From positions 416,001 through 480,000 of the forward strand of contig OY781066.1 of assembly GCA_963676395.1 (NCBI GenBank): a DNA stretch of 64,000 nt. The letters are read 5' to 3'. Below, one piece after another: positions 9,717-19,109 of the stretch. The notes below the pieces were generated by a model that saw nothing but the letters and a program-made list of their open reading frames with translations, ran no database searches and was not told where the DNA came from. Source of the stretch: a bacterium (GTDB lineage: Bacteria > Fidelibacterota > Fidelibacteria > Fidelibacterales > Fidelibacteraceae). The position numbers were made by a program, and so were the translations under genes. Numbering within the stretch: the stretch's first letter is position 1; each line of letters begins with the position of its first letter.

Positions 9717-11267
9717 ATGAAAGTGAAGCAACTCCTTTCATTACTTATTTTACTCATTTCATCGCAAGCTTTTGCTTTATATCATGATGCCGGCAATTTT
9801 TTTGCGAAACCGGCAGACAGACAAGTCGTAAAATCAAGTTTAGAAACTATGGGCTTGGCTAAACAAAACTCTCGCCCGGAAAGGAATTTCCAATACAGAA
9901 CACCCGAAGGTTATTTTATTATCCACTATGATACAACAGGTATACATGCAGTTCCTATGGATTTCAACCATAATGACAGTCTTCCTGATTTTGTAGTTAA
10001 AGCGGCAGAATATCTGGATGCCTCATATAATACACTGCACCGCGAACTTGGCTTTAGTACACCGCCCGTTGATCACATCGATTCACCGGAAATTGATGTA
10101 TATTTTAAATATGATCTGACTTACTATGGCGTAACAATGTTCAGCAATACCGGGAATACGGATCCCAGGCCTGCATACCTCACATTAAGCACCGAATTAA
10201 ATGATTCTACTACATTTTACACCTATGGTCTTGAAGGACTAAGGGTTACCTGCGCTCATGAGTTATTCCATATTTTTCAACTGGGTTACAGATTTCGCTC
10301 CCAAGATATATTCTATTTTGAGATGTCCTCAGTATGGTTCGAAGAACACATGTATCCTGAAGTAAATGATTATCATTCTTATATTGAAGAGTATTCTCAA
10401 AATTGGAAATACGCCATAAACTCCGGATCCCTGTGGTATAATAATGTTGGATTTAATATGTATATCGATAAACGCTTTTCTACAGAGAGTGTTAATATTA
10501 TAAAAAATATATGGGATAGAATTAGAACAGTTGAAGCCTTGCCTGCTATAAAAGATGAACTGGAGGCGCAAGGCATTACATTTGAAGAAGCTCTTCGTGA
10601 CTGGGGAACAGCGCAAGTACTGTGCGGTTCTTACGCTGCCGAAGGTTTTGCTTATGCTTTTAATGATGCCTCCGATCTTGAGCCAATTTCATTTGACAAT
10701 TATGAAGAAATGATAGTTGAAGGTATGGCCAAAGACATCGGTCTTACATCAAATCCCGGTGTCTTTTATTACAAATTAACAGATCTGCCCGAAAATGTTT
10801 TTCTATTCGATATGATCATTAGCGAGGGCAGCGATGCAAATCTTGTCTGCTTGGATAGCAATCGCTCCGAAATAAAGCACTTTACCGGCTCACCGCTCCT
10901 TGTTGACGGCAATCGGTTCAGAGAGTGTATTTTAGTGATTGGATTAGATGCTGAAAATGCCATCGGCTCACTTTCTATCACAGAAATGTTTTCAGATCAA
11001 TTAGCAAATATTTGGCCTAATCCTTTAGGCCGAAATGAGGAACTCTCTTTATCCTATGTTCTTCTAGAAGAAAGCAATAAAGCAGATATCACCATCTATG
11101 ATCTCAAGGGTAGGAAACTCTATTCCCAATCTTTGGCAACGGCATTAAAAGGTGCCGGCTTACAAGAATTGCGAATACGCCCCCAGAACCTGGCCTCAGG
11201 CATTTATATTATTAGCCTTCATACAGATGAAGGAGTAATGGCAGGAAAATTTACCTTTATCAAGTAA
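9717..11267 (+). CDS. Secreted zinc metalloprotease-like protein (MXAN_6640-like) with T9SS-type C-terminal domain
   Basis: Signal peptide (..SQAFA), HELFH HExxH plus downstream FEMSSVWFEE; C-terminus WPNP..IYDLKGR..LASGIYII..KFTFIK. Confidence 0.75.
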   Translation: MKVKQLLSLLILLISSQAFALYHDAGNFFAKPADRQVVKSSLETMGLAKQNSRPERNFQYRTPEGYFIIHYDTTGIHAVPMDFNHNDSLPDFVVKAAEYLDASYNTLHRELGFSTPPVDHIDSPEIDVYFKYDLTYYGVTMFSNTGNTDPRPAYLTLSTELNDSTTFYTYGLEGLRVTCAHELFHIFQLGYRFRSQDIFYFEMSSVWFEEHMYPEVNDYHSYIEEYSQNWKYAINSGSLWYNNVGFNMYIDKRFSTESVNIIKNIWDRIRTVEALPAIKDELEAQGITFEEALRDWGTAQVLCGSYAAEGFAYAFNDASDLEPISFDNYEEMIVEGMAKDIGLTSNPGVFYYKLTDLPENVFLFDMIISEGSDANLVCLDSNRSEIKHFTGSPLLVDGNRFRECILVIGLDAENAIGSLSITEMFSDQLANIWPNPLGRNEELSLSYVLLEESNKADITIYDLKGRKLYSQSLATALKGAGLQELRIRPQNLASGIYIISLHTDEGVMAGKFTFIK

Positions 11268-11271
11268 TAAA

Positions 11272-11293
11272 GCGACTCGATTTATCGCGTCTC
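11272..11293. repeat. REP-like imperfect palindrome
   Basis: GCGACTCGATTTATCGCGTCTC; shares the GACGCGATAnATCG core with 27861-27888. Confidence 0.45.
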
Positions 11294-11301
11294 AAAATTT
11301 T

Positions 11302-11904
11302 ATGAAATTCCTCACCATAAAATCGCCAGCAGAAAGCAAATTCACCGTCAAGGGAAGCAAATTCTTAGGATATGCCTATCCGGTGGAAAATACAGAAGCA
11401 ATCGAAGACATATTGACCGGTATTCGAAAAAAATACTATGATGCTACTCACCATTGTTATGCATGGCAGTTGGGACTTGATAAAAACATTACTTTTCGGT
11501 ATAACGATGACGGCGAACCGTCCGGAACGGCCGGAAAACCTATTTATGGCGCTATACAGCGCTTAAATCTAACACATGTACTCGTAGTGTCCATTCGTTA
11601 CTACGGCGGCACAAAACTCGGCACAGGCGGACTTATCAAGGCCTACGGACAATCCGCAAGTGATACGCTGGAGCTTGCCACGATCAAAACGGTTGAGATC
11701 GGCGACAGACTCTCATTTACATGTTCTTATGAGCAGCATCCCATTATCATGCGTTTGCTTAATCAATATCATCTCATCAATTTTTCTCAAGATTTTACGG
11801 ACAAAGTTATGATTAATATCGAAGTGGATGAAAATGATACGCAGCGCATCCTGGAAGAAGTAAAGAATGCTACGAATGGGATGATTATAGGAGATATTCT
11901 GTAG
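11302..11904 (+). CDS. yigZ: IMPACT/YigZ family protein
   Basis: KGSKF, DATHHCYAW, DDGEPSGTAG, RYYGGTKLGTGGLIKAY. Confidence 0.93.
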   Translation: MKFLTIKSPAESKFTVKGSKFLGYAYPVENTEAIEDILTGIRKKYYDATHHCYAWQLGLDKNITFRYNDDGEPSGTAGKPIYGAIQRLNLTHVLVVSIRYYGGTKLGTGGLIKAYGQSASDTLELATIKTVEIGDRLSFTCSYEQHPIIMRLLNQYHLINFSQDFTDKVMINIEVDENDTQRILEEVKNATNGMIIGDIL

Positions 11905-11923
11905 GTAGCATCATTTCGAGGAT

Positions 11924-11998
11924 GTACGGGTGATTCGCAAATTGCCCTTTGGTCTCCTACGGGAGGCTTTCTTCTTTGCCATGGCTATGGCAAGCAGG
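11924..11998. repeat. Cluster of three short GC-rich palindromes (degenerate REP-like)
   Basis: GGGTGATTCGCAAATTGCCC; GTCTCCTACGGGAGGC; TTGCCATGGCTATGGCAA. Confidence 0.45.
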
Positions 11999-12035
11999 TG
12001 GGAGCATTTCTTATTTCAAGATCAATTTTAATTTT

Positions 12036-12065
12036 AAAAAGCCACGCAAATGCGTGACTTTTTTT
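12036..12065. terminator. Intrinsic terminator between yigZ and the convergent lipoprotein genes
   Basis: AAAAAGCCACGCA-AA-TGCGTGACTTTTTTT with A/T tracts on both sides. Confidence 0.75.
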
Positions 12066-12095
12066 AATAATCATTGTTTATAATGAATATTAAAC

Positions 12096-12515
12096 TTATT
12101 GTGTAACCGTAAAAGTCCCAATTACTTGACCAACAGTATTTTGGGTACACTTTGCAATAACTCCACTAATTTCACCATCCTCATATATAGCACTTTCAAT
12201 ACCCAAGAAATATTGGCCGATATAACCGGCTTCAAGAGTCATATACATATCACCCTGTACAGTGGGAGAATAATACCCACGTGTAATTAATGCATTTTCC
12301 CATTCCCAAACATCAATAGTTCCAGTTATATCCCAGCTATCACCGAATAAGCTTTCTTCATATTCGCCTTCTAATACTAATGTCAAATCACTTGCTTCAC
12401 CATTAATAGTTGCCGTTCCTGTCCAGGTACCGAACAAAGGAAAAGCCGGCTCCAGTGAGCAACCGACAAAAATAATCATAACGAACATTGCCAAATTTAT
12501 TAGAGCTGATTTCAT
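12096..12515 (-). CDS. Putative lipoprotein, beta-strand rich, function unknown
   Basis: Start moved to MKSALINLAMFVMIIFVG-C (lipobox); GTWTGT motif. Confidence 0.7.
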   Translation of the reverse strand: MKSALINLAMFVMIIFVGCSLEPAFPLFGTWTGTATINGEASDLTLVLEGEYEESLFGDSWDITGTIDVWEWENALITRGYYSPTVQGDMYMTLEAGYIGQYFLGIESAIYEDGEISGVIAKCTQNTVGQVIGTFTVTQ

Positions 12516-12567
12516 TTTTTCCCTTATTCTTTGTATTATTTCTTTTCCAGAACAAATAATAATTAGA

Positions 12568-13344
12568 TTACTCTGTCCCTTTAACAGGAGGTAATCCTTC
12601 TTTCCATCTCTTATTTTCTTTATCAAAGTATAAATCAATGGCTTTATTTGTAATAGGAAACTCGAATTTTGTTTTTTCTAATACGTTTCCAGCAACATCT
12701 GTTTTAGTAGTAATATCAAAAAACGCTACTTTTACATTAATTGACTCTGGTTTAGGCGCTGTGGGAAATATAAGTAAACCACTGTATTCAAATCCGGGTA
12801 GAATTTCTTTATTTAAATCGTTTATGAGAGTATAGTTACGACGATTACTCTCTATTACTCTGGCACCGAAACCTGCGTATGACCAAGAATCATTATTTTC
12901 AATAGATGTAATCCAATCCTTTAATTCATTAATATCACCGATGGCTTTTAAAGGTTCTCTTTCATCTTCAATTAAATAAATCCTGGCATCTTTCATTCTC
13001 AATATATGTTCTGTATTATTTATTATCCTTACTTTGAAAACTGTCATCCCGGCATTACTACGTTCAAACATATAATACCATTGATGACCGTTAAGATCCT
13101 TTGGGAATACAGATGCGGTATATTCATATGCCCCATTGAACAATGAAGGTGATATTTCAAAGTATTCCGGGTAATCATATGTTTCTGCAATTGAAATTGG
13201 GGTTAAATCAATAATAACATTTGATTTTTCAATACTAGGATTATCGTCAATTCTTCTGGTACGAAAAGTATGTGTAGTTGAAAAACAACCAAATAGTAAT
13301 GCCATAAGACTTAAAACTAGACAAAGGTTTACCATCTTTTTCAT
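12568..13344 (-). CDS. Putative lipoprotein, function unknown
   Basis: MKKMVNLCLVLSLMALLFG-C lipobox; AAGGAG RBS. Confidence 0.75.
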   Translation of the reverse strand: MKKMVNLCLVLSLMALLFGCFSTTHTFRTRRIDDNPSIEKSNVIIDLTPISIAETYDYPEYFEISPSLFNGAYEYTASVFPKDLNGHQWYYMFERSNAGMTVFKVRIINNTEHILRMKDARIYLIEDEREPLKAIGDINELKDWITSIENNDSWSYAGFGARVIESNRRNYTLINDLNKEILPGFEYSGLLIFPTAPKPESINVKVAFFDITTKTDVAGNVLEKTKFEFPITNKAIDLYFDKENKRWKEGLPPVKGTE

Positions 13345-13504
13345 TTTTTTCTCCTTATTTTTTTATTAACTATATATCTTTTATTTAATCCATGATTATA
13401 ATACTATATTATTTTTGGGTAGGGCACGCTGATATATATCGATGCCACAACATTTTCAAAAATCATTTATCGTAAACATTCCCTCTCATTGCAGACGTGC
13501 TAAT

Positions 13505-15865
13505 CTACTTCATATATACCATCTTCCTCGTCTCAACAAAATCCCCGGCTTTTAGGGTATATATGTATATCCCCGTCGATAAACCGTGTACAGATGGATC
13601 GAATTTTAATTCATAGTGACCGGCATCCAATTCATCTTCCATTGAAAATACTTCTTTTGAATTTAGATCAAATACCTTCAATGTTACGTCTGAATGTTCC
13701 GGAAGATCATAGGATATTGTTGTACTTGGGTTGAAGGGATTGGGATAGTTTTGTGAAAGGTTATATTCACTTGGTATCTTTGTAATTGAAGTACCAATTG
13801 CTTGAATATATAATTTATAATTTGAGCACCAATATTGACTTTGACTTGGCACATTAACTCCAATATAATATTCTCCAATATTTATTCCATTAACATCTTG
13901 AGGTTTAAAGGTTATTGTTTCTGAACCAGAGCCATTTTCCGACAAAGTAACATTATCGTTTCCGATTTTATAATCACTACTATTAATAGTAGAATTTGAG
14001 GATAAATAGTATTCTATTTCTAAGTTTGAAAGCATACCACCAGCTACTTCATTCGTTATAACAGTTATTGTAATCGTTTCATCCATATTTGTGGGATTAT
14101 TATCAGCTGATATTGATGTTATATTAAGCTCTCCATTAACTTGTGTTAAAGTCAATTGGGTGTTGGTAACCCAATATTCTCCTTCATCGGGTATTGTTAT
14201 CCCGATATAGTAATTACCTGCACTTAAACCACTTATATCTTCTGGAACAAACGTAATATCTTCAGTCCCAGATGCATTTGCAGATAAGGTCACCTGATCA
14301 TCACCCAAATAAAAATCTGAAGTAGTTATAACATTATCAGTTGATAAATAGTATTGAATTCTTCTATTCGCTACTGCTACTCCACCTGCTTCTCGTATAC
14401 TAATTGTAATCGTTTCACTTTCATTTAAGGAACAAGGATTCAGAGTGGCTGCAATTCCTGTCAGTTCTAGATCTGTATATATCGGCGATGTAATTGTAAC
14501 AGGATCAGTTCTCCACCATCTATTACCTTCATCGGGAATCATCACACCCACATAATAATCTCCAGTTGTTAAACCAGTAATATTTTCTGGTTTAAAAGCT
14601 ATATTTTCACTTCCCGAGCCATTTGCAGAAAGGGTAACATAATCATTACCAATATAATAATCACTTGTTGTAATGTCCGTATCAGTTGATAAATAATATT
14701 TTATTTCACGATTTGATACTGATTCACCACCAACTTCTCTTACATCTAAAGTAATTGTTTCATTGACATTCATTGGACATGGATTTTGGCTGAAAGATAT
14801 ACCGGGGATTTCAAGATCCGCATATACGGCCGACTCAATATCAAGTGGTGTTGTATAATTCCAAGATGCCAATTGATCAAGTATTCGAATTGTTAACCAG
14901 TATCTACCAGGCGTTAATGAACTTATACTTTCAGGAACGAAAGATAATGATTCTGTTCCTGAACCATAAGCTGAAAGATTAATATAATCTGAACCAATCT
15001 CGTATGTTATTGAATGATTACTATCATTTGTTAAATGATAAGTCATTTTTAAATTTGATACCGATCCACCTTGGATTTCCCTAACGTTAACTGTAATACT
15101 ACATGATTTATTCATTTTACATGGATTGGGATTAACACTTATATGGTAAACTTCGGCTTCAGCAGCATCCTGAATGGTTAATAAATCATTACGCCAATAA
15201 TATTGATTTTCATCAGGAATTATTATTCCGACGTAATAGTCACCTTTTGTCAATCCACTAACACTATTAGGTCTAAAACTTATTGTTTCGGTACCTTGTC
15301 CATATGCAGATAACGAGACATAATCATCACCAATATAATAATCACTGGTTGTAATTGTTGTATTTGTAGATAAATAATACTGTATTTTACGATTAGAGAC
15401 AGAAGAACCTCCCACCTCGTTAACCGTCAGAGTAATTGTTTCAATTTCATTCATCTTACAGGGATCCTTACTCAATGCAATAGCAGAAATTTGGAGATCA
15501 GAAGCAGTCGGAACTAATGAAACTTTACTTTTTTTTTCACTACCCTCATTAATAAATCCGGATTCTACTGAAGTATTTTCTTCTCTTGGAGATAATATTA
15601 TTTCTTTTTTATACACGGTTTTTTCTGGTAGAGAATTTGTCTGCTCAATTTCTTTAGCTATTATTTCTGAAGATTCTGTTTTAGAGTTTTGAGAATTCAG
15701 TGGAAAAACATTAATTTCAAATATATTTTGTTCACTTTCTTTTTCCGTTTCGATTTTAGGATTCTTTGAAATCTGAGCAGACTCACCACCCATAAGTATT
15801 GTCACGGATAAAAGTATTGAAAATAGAACAAATTTCTTCAGTTTAACACTTTTTACAGTTTTCAT
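13505..15865 (-). CDS. Secreted protein with five tandem ~112 aa CARDB/Ig-like repeats and a T9SS type A sorting domain
   Basis: N-terminal hydrophobic signal; repeated NPC..ETIT..E.GG..YYLSTD..ITTSD..IG.D.V.LSA..G.YY.G units; LSQNYPNPFNPSTTISY..GIYIYTL..RKMVYMK; ATG 15865 behind AAGGAG. Confidence 0.85.
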   Translation of the reverse strand: MKTVKSVKLKKFVLFSILLSVTILMGGESAQISKNPKIETEKESEQNIFEINVFPLNSQNSKTESSEIIAKEIEQTNSLPEKTVYKKEIILSPREENTSVESGFINEGSEKKSKVSLVPTASDLQISAIALSKDPCKMNEIETITLTVNEVGGSSVSNRKIQYYLSTNTTITTSDYYIGDDYVSLSAYGQGTETISFRPNSVSGLTKGDYYVGIIIPDENQYYWRNDLLTIQDAAEAEVYHISVNPNPCKMNKSCSITVNVREIQGGSVSNLKMTYHLTNDSNHSITYEIGSDYINLSAYGSGTESLSFVPESISSLTPGRYWLTIRILDQLASWNYTTPLDIESAVYADLEIPGISFSQNPCPMNVNETITLDVREVGGESVSNREIKYYLSTDTDITTSDYYIGNDYVTLSANGSGSENIAFKPENITGLTTGDYYVGVMIPDEGNRWWRTDPVTITSPIYTDLELTGIAATLNPCSLNESETITISIREAGGVAVANRRIQYYLSTDNVITTSDFYLGDDQVTLSANASGTEDITFVPEDISGLSAGNYYIGITIPDEGEYWVTNTQLTLTQVNGELNITSISADNNPTNMDETITITVITNEVAGGMLSNLEIEYYLSSNSTINSSDYKIGNDNVTLSENGSGSETITFKPQDVNGINIGEYYIGVNVPSQSQYWCSNYKLYIQAIGTSITKIPSEYNLSQNYPNPFNPSTTISYDLPEHSDVTLKVFDLNSKEVFSMEDELDAGHYELKFDPSVHGLSTGIYIYTLKAGDFVETRKMVYMK

Positions 15866-15917
15866 TTTCTTCTTCTCCTTATTTGTAATTAATTGCATTA
15901 TCTGTACTTTTTTACAT

Positions 15918-16181
15918 TTATTCCTTGACGGTTACGCGTAACCGCTGTAACTTTTCTCCGTATTGTTTAGCAAGATCTTCGAAATAGGATAGAACCCGGG
16001 CAGAATTGTCTTTGCGTAAAATCACGCGATTGACGATAGTCTTTTTAACCCCCAACGCACGGGCGACATCGGTCTGTTTTAATCCTGCTACGATCAGCAG
16101 TTCTTTCATATACAAGGTATCGACTTCCTGATTTCCACTTAGAATGGGTGAATCTGGCGTATTCGCAGTTCGAGAACTCAT
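15918..16181 (-). CDS. Small Cro/Ner-like helix-turn-helix protein
   Basis: GLKQTDVARALGVKKTIVNRVI..SARV HTH; divergent from a CI-like gene; AGAGG RBS. Confidence 0.75.
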   Translation of the reverse strand: MSSRTANTPDSPILSGNQEVDTLYMKELLIVAGLKQTDVARALGVKKTIVNRVILRKDNSARVLSYFEDLAKQYGEKLQRLRVTVKE

Positions 16182-16332
16182 AAAACCTCTAGTTTTTCAA
16201 ATTCCGGGTCAGTCTATACTAATTTCTTTATTGAGAGCAGGTAATGATGTAATAAATCGTTTAATTATGTTTAAATGTCTGTCCCTGCCTTATTGGCGCG
16301 TACGATAATGCACTATTTTACACGTCTGTATT

Positions 16333-16361
16333 ATATTATGTATTATCATACACTTTGTCAA
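16333..16361 (-). promoter_or_regulatory. Leftward sigma70 promoter for the Cro-like gene
   Basis: Minus strand TTGACA (16361-16356), 17 bp, TAATAT (16338-16333); overlapping TATAAT at 16335-16330. Confidence 0.6.
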
Positions 16362-16407
16362 GTACTATTATACATTATTTCTTTTTTATTTAATAAAAGG
16401 TACACTT

Positions 16408-17040
16408 ATGAGAATCGCAGATAGATTAAAGATGATCAGAAAAGACCTTGGACTTTCTCAGGAACGTTTCGCCAATGAGCTTGGTATTCATCTGCGTTCT
16501 TATGTCTCTTACGAGAAAGGCGATCGCGCCGTCCCTCAAAAGGTCATGCTTGATCTGATGCATATGGGGTATAATATCCATTGGTTATTAAATGGCTCCG
16601 GTAGCATGAAATTATTGCATACCATAAGTAATGAAACTCATGAATATCCAAGCAAGAATGATATACCGATCTTAAAGAATTTAAGCGCTGTTTTTAAAAA
16701 TAGCATTCTCCCGGACGTAAGCCTGTCCCCTAACACCCTTCCTCGTCCTGAAAACAATCAAGATCCTTTTACATATGCCGTCCAATTAAAATCACTTGGG
16801 GACAAGGGAATGTCTCCGGCATTTCATCCAGATGAATATCTAATTGTTTCACCTCTTGAAACCGTTCTGAATAATGATAAGGCTATCATTAAACTTACAA
16901 ATGGTCGTATTGTTTTTAGGGTCGTTCAGTTCAAAGATTATACAATAGATCTTATACCGGCAAATATTAGCTGTAAAATGGAATCAATACCTTCAGAAGA
17001 ATTGGTTTTTGCTCATAAAGTTGTTTCTACCACAAAGTAG
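16408..17040 (+). CDS. CI/XRE-family repressor with degenerate S24 peptidase-like C-terminal domain
   Basis: RLKMIRKDLGLSQERFANELGI..YEKG..NIHWLLNGSGSM HTH; C-terminal GDKGMSP..YLIVSP..LIPAN S24-like pattern. Confidence 0.85.
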   Translation: MRIADRLKMIRKDLGLSQERFANELGIHLRSYVSYEKGDRAVPQKVMLDLMHMGYNIHWLLNGSGSMKLLHTISNETHEYPSKNDIPILKNLSAVFKNSILPDVSLSPNTLPRPENNQDPFTYAVQLKSLGDKGMSPAFHPDEYLIVSPLETVLNNDKAIIKLTNGRIVFRVVQFKDYTIDLIPANISCKMESIPSEELVFAHKVVSTTK

Positions 17041-17066
17041 CTAAAAATTAGATAAATTTAATTCCT

Positions 17067-17103
17067 AAAAAGAAAAAAGCCGTCCCGAAACTTCAGGGCG
17101 GCT
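17067..17103 (-). terminator. Intrinsic terminator of aspS
   Basis: AGCCGTCC...GGGCGGCT stem preceded on + by an A tract (U tract on -). Confidence 0.7.
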
Positions 17104-17174
17104 ATATATATGTGTGTTATATTTTCGACCAGACAACATCCTTCGTCCCCAGGACGATCTGGCAGGTCTACCTC

Positions 17175-18944
17175 TTAATCTTCAACTTTCAATTGTATTG
17201 AGAGGTCATCCAACTGTTTTTGATTCACACCCGAGGGAGCTCCATCCATCGGAGACTGTGCCGTTGTGGTCTTGGGAAAAGCAATAACGTCTCGAATGGA
17301 ATCTTCGCCGGTCAGGACCATGATCAAGCGGTCTAAACCAAAGGCGATCCCACCATGAGGTGGTGCACCGTATTCAAAGGCACCCAATAAGAATCCGAAT
17401 TTTTCCTGAGCTTCTTCATCGTCAATACCCAGAGCTTTGAACATTCTTTGCTGCAAATCCTTTTGATAGATACGAATGGAGCCTCCACCAATCTCATAAC
17501 CATTCAAAGCCATATCATATGCACGGGCTTTCACGGCTAGAGGATCACTTTCAAGTTTATCGATATCCTCTAGTTTGGGTGAAGTAAAAGGATGGTGACG
17601 AGCAACCAGTCGGCCGCTTTCTTCATCTTTTTCAAATAGAGGGAAATCAGTTACCCAAACAGCCTTATGTTCGTTTTTCTTGATGAGACCAAATTCTTTT
17701 GCTAATCTTGTTCTTACGGCACCCAAAACAATTAATGACGTTTCCCAAGCATCTGCCATGAATAAAATTAGATCACCGGCCTTGGCTTCTGTTTTCTCCA
17801 ATAGAAGTTTTGCAGCGTCTTCATTTATAAATTTTGAGATACCACCTTGTAAACCTTCTTCGTTAACTTTCACAAAAGCCAAACCTTTGGCACCGTATTT
17901 CTTGGCAAATTCGGTGAGTTCATCAATTTTCTTGCGAGAAAAATCTGCAGCACCTGTTACAGGCAATGCACGGATTACACCTCCATTGTCCATAGCAGAA
18001 TGGAAAACCGAAAAATCTGTCGCTCTAGCGAAGTCTTCCACATTCTTGATCTCCATGTCAAAGCGCACATCGGGTTTATCCGACCCGTAGCGTTCCATAG
18101 CATCATGAAAGGTAATTCTTGCTAGCGGCGTGGGGATATCAACGCCGAGCGTTTCCTTAAATACGGTTGAGACCATATTTTCCATGAGTGTTTGAATTTC
18201 CAGTTCATCTACAAAAGACATTTCGCAATCGATCTGGGTAAACTCAGGTTGACGATCCGCACGTAAATCTTCATCCCTGAAACATTTCACGATCTGAAAG
18301 TAGCGATCATACCCCGCAACCATCAGAAGTTGCTTATAGGTCTGAGGAGACTGAGGCAACGCATAGAATTTGTGCTTATTTACACGTGAAGGCACAAGAA
18401 AATCACGAGCACCTTCTGGAGTAGATTTCATTAGCACAGGTGTTTCAACTTCCATAAAGTCATTTTGGGTTAAATAATTACGTACGATCTGAGATGCCTT
18501 ATGGCGCATGAACATATTTTTCTTAAGTTCTTCAGTACGAAGATCAAGATATCGATATTTTAAACGAAGATCTTCTGAACCGGTTTCGCGTTTTGTGATC
18601 TCAAAAGGAGTTGGTATAGCTTTATTTAACAATTCAAAATCGATTGCTTCAACTTCAATCTCACCACTGGGCAATTTTTTATTAACATTTTCTTCGGGGC
18701 GAGCCACAACAGTACCCAAAACAGCGATCACATCTTCGTTATTAAGATGCTTTACCACATCAAGAATTTCTGCTGAAAGATCGTTATTAAAACGAACCTG
18801 AACCAGACCGTAACGGTCTCTGAGGTCGACAAAAAATATTCCACCAAGATCACGACGGGTATTCACCCAGCCATTGATCTTTACAACATTTCCAATATGA
18901 GATTTGTTTAATTCACCACAGCGATGGTCTCGTTTTATACGCAT
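17175..18944 (-). CDS. aspS: Aspartate--tRNA ligase
   Basis: FVDLRDRYG, STPEGARDFLVPSR, LPQSPQ, CFRDEDLRADRQPEFTQID, GAPPHGGIAFGLDR; ATG 18944 behind GGGAG. Confidence 0.97.
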   Translation of the reverse strand: MRIKRDHRCGELNKSHIGNVVKINGWVNTRRDLGGIFFVDLRDRYGLVQVRFNNDLSAEILDVVKHLNNEDVIAVLGTVVARPEENVNKKLPSGEIEVEAIDFELLNKAIPTPFEITKRETGSEDLRLKYRYLDLRTEELKKNMFMRHKASQIVRNYLTQNDFMEVETPVLMKSTPEGARDFLVPSRVNKHKFYALPQSPQTYKQLLMVAGYDRYFQIVKCFRDEDLRADRQPEFTQIDCEMSFVDELEIQTLMENMVSTVFKETLGVDIPTPLARITFHDAMERYGSDKPDVRFDMEIKNVEDFARATDFSVFHSAMDNGGVIRALPVTGAADFSRKKIDELTEFAKKYGAKGLAFVKVNEEGLQGGISKFINEDAAKLLLEKTEAKAGDLILFMADAWETSLIVLGAVRTRLAKEFGLIKKNEHKAVWVTDFPLFEKDEESGRLVARHHPFTSPKLEDIDKLESDPLAVKARAYDMALNGYEIGGGSIRIYQKDLQQRMFKALGIDDEEAQEKFGFLLGAFEYGAPPHGGIAFGLDRLIMVLTGEDSIRDVIAFPKTTTAQSPMDGAPSGVNQKQLDDLSIQLKVED

Positions 18945-19109
18945 AATGCTCCCTTTAATTTCGGGCATAAATTACACGAAAACAGGCATAATTCAAATGG
19001 TTTCTTTAATCATATGTGTAGGAACGCTCAACTTGTCGAGTCCGGAATTACCCAAACTGGATTATATCCAATCTTAACATTTTCAAATTAATGTTATTTC
19101 AAGTAATCA

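Noticed and set aside
12096..17040. Intact prophage or integrative element
   Set aside because: No integrase, transposase, replication, packaging or structural genes; no att direct repeats or flanking tRNA seen.
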